From Candidatus Undinarchaeales archaeon (GTDB lineage: Archaea; SpSt-1190; JASMDC01), in the NCBI GenBank assembly GCA_030753015.1, contig JASMDC010000056.1, positions 1 through 19,400 on the forward strand: DNA of 19,400 bases, in the 5' to 3' direction. Positions within the stretch are counted from its first letter, which is position 1; the number at the start of each line of letters is the position of its first letter. The notes beneath the pieces were generated by a model that saw nothing but the letters and a program-made list of their open reading frames with translations, made no database searches and was not told the DNA's origin. Below, piece by piece: positions 14,639 through 19,400 of the stretch. Both the position numbers and the translations under genes were made by a program.

Positions 14639-16846
14639 GCGGGCGGAGTACACCCGGAAGGTCGGATTTGCATGGACCTCCTCGTAGCAGGTCCCTTCCA
14701 GGTCACGAACGAGAGCCTGGTACCGTTCGCTCTCCCAAAGCCGAAGGAGCCGGTCCACGACCACCAGGGGCGGATCGTGACGCGAACATAGTGCGTTCAA
14801 CCGCGTCCGGTCAAGGAACGATGGGAACCTGAGATTGTCGTCGAGCCGCTTCCCGAGGATGTTCAAGAAGGTCGTCGGGTAGCGATAGATGAGGACCGAG
14901 CCCTCTGGCCTGGCCTCGAGCGCCCGGACGGCATCCCGCACGTCCGTCGGCGGGTGGTGGGGCAATGCGATCTCGGCGCCTAGAAGCGTGCGCGCATGGA
15001 CGGTGATGAACGCCAAACGGTCGATATGGCCCGCAACCAACAGAATCGCGACGGCCAGCAGGAGCGCACGCTTGACGGCCGGTTCCGAGGCCGCGCTCTC
15101 CAAGACGGCGGTGAGCGCCCGGCCCGCCAGCAGCGAGAGGCCCGGCAGGGCCACTAAGAACAGGCGCAGCTCGTGAAAGCCGGATGGACGGTAGCCGACT
15201 ATGGGCAGTGAAGGGAGCCACCATAGAAGGGCGGGTACCGCAAGCAGAAAGGGAAGCTCCAGCGGATCGCTCCGCTGCTCGTAGATGATGAAGGCAGCAA
15301 GCACGAGGAGGAGGAGGGGGGTCCCCCCCAGGGTGGCCGGGCTCATGTAGCCGGACGCGCCGCCCATGACCAGCACGGCCAGCACGATCAAGAGATCCTC
15401 GTATACCGACCCCCTGCGGTGGACAAGAGCCACCGCCAGGACCAGGATGCCCAGGCGCGGTAGTGTCAGTACCGCAAGCCCCTCGTAGCCTCCGGAGCCG
15501 CTGAGAAGCAGCACAATGAGGGCTGCTGCCAGAACGATCACGGGGCGAAGGGCCGTGCGAGGGGCAGGGCCCGCCCTCTCGGCCAGATACCAGCTACCTG
15601 TGGCCACCGCGCCGGCCAGGAAACCGTAGTGGAAGAATACGCGGTCCCCGGTCCCCTCCCACATGAGCGGCAGCAGCGCCGCGACGCACAGGCACGGTCC
15701 CAGCGCCCGGGCGCGTTGCGGCGACGTGAAGAGAAGGTAGAATCCTGTGGAGAGGAGAAGGAGCGACAGGTAGAGGAATCCTGCCGAGTGGGAGAGGCCA
15801 ACGGTGAGGGTGACGAGGAGGAGCAGTGCGTTCCTGCCCAATGTCACGGGGAGTGCCACGGCGGCCGCCACGGCAACGATCGCCAGAGGCAGGCTCAACA
15901 TGGATGCCATCGGCTGGGCGGTTATCCCCACGTTATACGGGTGAATGAGGAGGACGAGGGTGCCGAGGGCGGCGGTCGCGGGCGGGAGGCGGAGGGCGCG
16001 CACGAGTACTATGAAGGCGGCCGGGAAGAGCAGCGCCAAGAGGTAGACGCCCCCCTCTGTCGTCGTGAGCAGCATGAGGGCGGCCAGCAGGTAGTGGAAG
16101 CCGAACAAGTAGCCGGGATCCATCTGCGCCGTGACGGATGGGTAGTGGCCGGTGTCCCGCACCACTGCCGCCTCGTGATGGTTGAAGAAGGCATCGCTCC
16201 CGGGATAGAGCGGCAGGGTCAGGATGGGCCCGCGCGCCCAGGCAGCGAGGATGAGGACCACCAGCCACAGGAGGACGAGTGAGCGGCGCGAGCGCAAGCC
16301 GTGGAGGGCGATGAGCACCAGGAATACCGACATGACGAGAAGGCCGAGCCTCCTCGGTGTCGCGGTGGCCAGATGGACCGCTGCCCGGGAGTTCGTGAAT
16401 GGCCGGTCGAATGTCTCCTCGGCAATGGTGGCATACACGTGCTCGGCGCCCGGCCGGTCGGCCTCCAGGTCCGTGCGCTGGAGCCGGGCGCCGCGGACGA
16501 CGCCCTGGTCGAAGGGCAGCGGGACGCGCACGGCGGTCGGTCCGCCGGGGCACGCGGGACGGTCGAGGCGCACCGAGACGACCTCGTCCCGGGATGCTGT
16601 GCGTCCCCCGTCCACGGGCTCGAGCACATCTACCAGCAGCTGGAGGCGGATGCCGTAGGACACGCTGGAGACGATGCACGCGTCGCCGTCGTTCGCCACC
16701 AGCACCATCGCGTGGCCGGGGAGCGGGCCGTCGGTCAAGGACAGTGTCACGCCGTCGCCGCCCTGCCCGAAAGCGGGCAGGAGAAGGGCCGCGAGGAGGA
16801 ACGCGATACGGGCCTTTTGGGTGGAGAGCGTGCCGGTAGCGCCCAT
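14633..16846 (-). CDS. Signal peptide + Ig-like domain fused to a predicted GT-C membrane domain, 737 aa; tandem paralogue of 16895-18919
   Basis: ANDGDAC and RLDRPACPG in the ectodomain, GSDAFFNHHEA...TGHYP...GYLFGFHYLLAALM, LSHS, LELPFLLA, and a C-terminal PPLVVVDR...CY..VHANPTFR domain. Confidence 0.8.
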   Translation of the reverse strand: MGATGTLSTQKARIAFLLAALLLPAFGQGGDGVTLSLTDGPLPGHAMVLVANDGDACIVSSVSYGIRLQLLVDVLEPVDGGRTASRDEVVSVRLDRPACPGGPTAVRVPLPFDQGVVRGARLQRTDLEADRPGAEHVYATIAEETFDRPFTNSRAAVHLATATPRRLGLLVMSVFLVLIALHGLRSRRSLVLLWLVVLILAAWARGPILTLPLYPGSDAFFNHHEAAVVRDTGHYPSVTAQMDPGYLFGFHYLLAALMLLTTTEGGVYLLALLFPAAFIVLVRALRLPPATAALGTLVLLIHPYNVGITAQPMASMLSLPLAIVAVAAAVALPVTLGRNALLLLVTLTVGLSHSAGFLYLSLLLLSTGFYLLFTSPQRARALGPCLCVAALLPLMWEGTGDRVFFHYGFLAGAVATGSWYLAERAGPAPRTALRPVIVLAAALIVLLLSGSGGYEGLAVLTLPRLGILVLAVALVHRRGSVYEDLLIVLAVLVMGGASGYMSPATLGGTPLLLLVLAAFIIYEQRSDPLELPFLLAVPALLWWLPSLPIVGYRPSGFHELRLFLVALPGLSLLAGRALTAVLESAASEPAVKRALLLAVAILLVAGHIDRLAFITVHARTLLGAEIALPHHPPTDVRDAVRALEARPEGSVLIYRYPTTFLNILGKRLDDNLRFPSFLDRTRLNALCSRHDPPLVVVDRLLRLWESERYQALVRDLEGTCYEEVHANPTFRVYSARS

Positions 16847-16869
16847 CGTACCGGCGGGACGACACCATG

Positions 16870-16878
16870 AAATAAAAA
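16870..16878 (-). promoter_or_regulatory. TATA-like box TTTTTATTT for the 737-aa gene (may double as a U-tract terminator of the upstream paralogue)
   Basis: TTTATT core starts 30 nt upstream of ATG 16846; the T-run begins about 17 nt after the upstream stop. Confidence 0.6.
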
Positions 16879-16894
16879 GGGCTTCCCTCGACCC

Positions 16895-18919
16895 TCACGG
16901 TGCTGCCGCGAAGGCGCGGAAGGTGGGATTGGCGTAGACCTGGCGGTAACAGGAGCCGTCCAGCGCCATCAGGAGGGCGCGGTGGTCGTCGTCGGTGTAG
17001 AGCGCCATGTACCGGTCGACCACGACCAGCGGCGGCGCGTCGGACGCGCAGAACCGGGATAATTCCTCCGGGGAGAGCGGCGGGATCATGAAGCCCCTGC
17101 GCAGGATGCGCTTGTCGACAGCCTCGTGGAAGTGCTCGCTCGAGTGGTAGACGACCAGCCCCGTCTCCGGCCGGTCCTCGATGAAGCGGACGATGTCGCG
17201 CAGGTCGCCCGGTGGGTGACGCGGCACGGCCCAGTACGCGGGCATCCCCAGACGGAGCTCATCGGCGCCGAGGACGGTTACGCGGTCGAGCTGTGACGCG
17301 ACCAGTCCGACGACGATCAGCCACAGCACGGCGCGCCTGACGCTCGGCTCCTCGGTGATGCGCGCTAGCAGGGTGTCGAGCCCGCTGGCCGCCAGGAAGG
17401 CGATGCCTAGGGCCGACGAGATGAAGATACGCATGCGGAACACAATGCCCATCGCGTACCCGAGGCCGGGGATGGCGGCGAAGGACCAGAGAGCATGGGG
17501 GAGGGCCAGCAGGAAGGGCAGCTCCAGGCCCCCGCCGACGGTCCGGAAGCGGAGGAAGGCGACGAGCGCCAGCAGGCCGAGGGCGGCGCCGCCGATGTTC
17601 CTCGAGCGCCAGTACTCCCCAACCCCGACGTTCAGGGAGAGGAGTAAGAGGACGGCGCCGACGACGAGGCTCAAGCGGAGGAGGCCGTCCGCGGAGCGGG
17701 AGCCGATCCGCGAGGCGAGGAGGATGAGCAGTCCGGCGAGGAGGCCGGGGCGGTAAAGAGGGTGGTCGGCCGTCGCCACGGCAAGGCAAATCAGGGCGGC
17801 CGCGGCCAGGGCAATGCCCGCGGGCGCGAGCCGCTGCCGCTCCCCGAGGAACTGCCAAGCCGCTGTGCAGGAGAGGGCGAGGGTGAGGTACACGAATCCG
17901 CCCGAATGGGACAGGCCGATGGCAAGGGCGACGAGGAGAAGCACGGCAGCGCGGGCGCGCGCCGTCCCGCCGGCAAGGGCGACCACGACGGCGGACCCCA
18001 CCATGGGGAGCGTCATGGTGGTCGGTATAGTGGTGGAGGTCATCACGATGTGGTAGGTCTGTGTCCCCAGAAGGAAGGCGGTCAGCGGGGCCACACGCGG
18101 CGGTAGGCAGGTGCGGCGGACGAGGACGACGAGCACCGGGACGAGGAGGGCCGGGATCAGGAACGTCCCCCACGGCGTCCCTGTGAGGTGCATCAGGGCC
18201 GCTAAGAGATAGTGGAAGCCGAACATGTACCCGTCCCGCAATCGCTCCTCCACCGGCGGATACCGGCCCGTAGCCGTCAATACTGTGGCCTCGTGGAGGT
18301 TGTAGGTGGCGTCCCGGTCGGGGACGGGAAGGAGCGTGAGGATGTGCCAGCGGGCGGCGAGGACGACCACGAGGACCAGCACCCAGAGCAGGAGGCGGTC
18401 GGAGCGCGAACGCCGGGCCCGCCGGGCGGTGACGACCAGGAGGGCGGAGACGAGCGCGATCAGCATGCGCACGGGACCGACGGTGGCCACTGCCCGGACC
18501 ACGGGTCCGTGGGCGAAGGGTATCGACACATCGCGCTCCGCCGTCACCATAACGACGTCCTCCGAGCGCGGCGGGGTGCGCACCACCCGGACGGCGGTGA
18601 CGGTGCCCTTCGCATAGGCTGCCGCAAAGAGCATGGTACGCCGCTCACCGGGGCACAGGGCCCGGTCGATCCGCGCAGAGACGTTGACCGGCTCGACCAC
18701 GCCGTCGCGCTCCACCTCCAGTCCCAGCTGGGCACGCACGTCGTACACGATGCTCGAGGACACGCAGGCATCGCCGACGTTCGCCACCTCGACGCCATAG
18801 ATGCCAGGGAACGGCACGTCCGCCAAGGCCACATCGAGCAGGTCCAGCCCGGCGGCGAAGTGTGCCACGACCAGCAGGACTGCGGCCGCGAGGACGGCTG
18901 TCCGTCGTATGCGGGCCAT
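16895..18919 (-). CDS. Signal peptide + Ig-like domain fused to a predicted GT-C membrane domain, 674 aa
   Basis: Real start ATG 18919 (MARIRRTAVLAAAVLLVVAHFAAG); the track's extension to 19336 is antisense to the flippase. ANVGDAC, RIDRALCPG, DRDATYNLHEA...TGRYP...GYMFGFHYLLAALM, LSHS, LELPFLLA, PPLVVVDR, CY..VYANPTFR. Confidence 0.8.
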   Translation of the reverse strand: MARIRRTAVLAAAVLLVVAHFAAGLDLLDVALADVPFPGIYGVEVANVGDACVSSSIVYDVRAQLGLEVERDGVVEPVNVSARIDRALCPGERRTMLFAAAYAKGTVTAVRVVRTPPRSEDVVMVTAERDVSIPFAHGPVVRAVATVGPVRMLIALVSALLVVTARRARRSRSDRLLLWVLVLVVVLAARWHILTLLPVPDRDATYNLHEATVLTATGRYPPVEERLRDGYMFGFHYLLAALMHLTGTPWGTFLIPALLVPVLVVLVRRTCLPPRVAPLTAFLLGTQTYHIVMTSTTIPTTMTLPMVGSAVVVALAGGTARARAAVLLLVALAIGLSHSGGFVYLTLALSCTAAWQFLGERQRLAPAGIALAAAALICLAVATADHPLYRPGLLAGLLILLASRIGSRSADGLLRLSLVVGAVLLLLSLNVGVGEYWRSRNIGGAALGLLALVAFLRFRTVGGGLELPFLLALPHALWSFAAIPGLGYAMGIVFRMRIFISSALGIAFLAASGLDTLLARITEEPSVRRAVLWLIVVGLVASQLDRVTVLGADELRLGMPAYWAVPRHPPGDLRDIVRFIEDRPETGLVVYHSSEHFHEAVDKRILRRGFMIPPLSPEELSRFCASDAPPLVVVDRYMALYTDDDHRALLMALDGSCYRQVYANPTFRAFAAAP

Positions 18920-18939
18920 GACGACGGCAGGAAGGCCAC

Positions 18940-18953
18940 CAACGGTTAAAAAA
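18940..18953 (-). promoter_or_regulatory. TATA-like box TTTTTTAACCGTTG for the 674-aa gene
   Basis: TTTAAC core starts 31 nt upstream of ATG 18919. Confidence 0.6.
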
Positions 18954-18982
18954 GGCTCTGTCGCGCTGGCAGCCACGCGTGG

Positions 18983-18990
18983 ATTAATGT
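18983..18990 (+). promoter_or_regulatory. TATA-like box ATTAATGT for the flippase gene
   Basis: About 33 nt upstream of ATG 19017. Confidence 0.45.
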
Positions 18991-19016
18991 ATCTTTGCAC
19001 CAACTGAGCGCGTGCC

Positions 19017-19400
19017 ATGGCGGGAAAGGAACGAGGGAGAGTGCTGTGGCCGGCGGTGCTTACCGCGCTGGGGCTGGTGTGCATCGGCCTCGTCCAGCTG
19101 GGGTTCAACGCCGTCGTCGGCAGGCTCCACGGCCCCGCCGTGCTCGGAGACGTCAACCTCGCCATATCCCTGGCTCTCCTCGTGTCCACCCTGTTCTCGG
19201 CGTCGTTCGTCCCCGCCAACACCAAGTTCGTGGCGGAGTATCGGGGCCGGGAGGACGAGGCCCGGGCGGGAACGGCCTTCAGCATGTCGCTCGCGATCGT
19301 CGCCATCGGCGGGCTCGCGCTCTGGGCGCTCCTCAACGCCCGCCTCGACGACGTGGCGAGGGCGCTGACGCCCCTCCTGCCGAACCTCGCCAGCCGGGTG
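19017..19400 (+). CDS. Wzx/MOP-superfamily oligosaccharide flippase, N-terminal part (runs off right edge)
   Basis: Not in the ORF track. Open frame MAGKERGRVLWPAVLTALGLVCIGLVQLGFNAVVGRLHGPAVLGDVNLAISLALLVSTLFSASFVPANTKFVAEYRGRED... The RLxGP..LG and TKFVAEY patterns are typical of polysaccharide flippases. Confidence 0.8.
   Translation, partial: MAGKERGRVLWPAVLTALGLVCIGLVQLGFNAVVGRLHGPAVLGDVNLAISLALLVSTLFSASFVPANTKFVAEYRGREDEARAGTAFSMSLAIVAIGGLALWALLNARLDDVARALTPLLPNLASRV

Noticed and set aside
14633-18919. AglB/STT3 oligosaccharyltransferase or archaeosortase identity for the large membrane proteins
   Set aside because: No WWDYG motif or large STT3 C-terminal domain, and no recognisable exosortase Cys/Arg catalytic pattern.
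18920-19336. 139-aa N-terminal extension of the 813-aa ORF
   Set aside because: It is antisense to the flippase gene and crosses the divergent promoter region. The signal peptide and paralogue alignment begin at ATG 18919.
1-19400. CRISPR arrays, tRNA/rRNA genes, IS elements or integrases
   Set aside because: Intergenic gaps are all under about 190 nt, with no periodic repeats, cloverleaf-like sequence, terminal inverted repeats or transposase/recombinase motifs seen.

Overview
This GC-rich window is a dense cell-surface glycosylation locus, most likely from a non-halophilic archaeon. The evidence for that is TATA-like boxes 28-33 nt upstream of ten apparently leaderless starts, a DUF1616-like gene, and Arg-rich rather than acidic proteins. 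I support 17 complete and 2 edge-truncated CDSs: two GT4 (one truncated); two DPM1/PpgS/GacI-like GT2 + DUF2304 pairs; a further GT2; UDP-GlcNAc 2-epimerase (wecB); an extended-SDR nucleotide-sugar epimerase; a class I methyltransferase; an HpnJ-like B12/radical-SAM enzyme; a Wzx-like flippase (truncated); four predicted GT-C polytopic membrane proteins; a DUF1616-like protein with an EF-hand-type loop; and two paralogues of a signal peptide + Cys-pair beta-domain + multi-TM family I do not recognise. The most notable pattern is that each GT-C candidate is fused to, or adjacent to, a small extracytoplasmic beta-rich (Ig-like) domain, alongside duplicated lipid-phospho-sugar donor modules and an HpnJ-like enzyme. 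Many ORF-track starts are over-extended and are corrected here. All family calls come from motif recognition by eye; no searches were run. I saw no RNA genes, mobile elements or CRISPR arrays.
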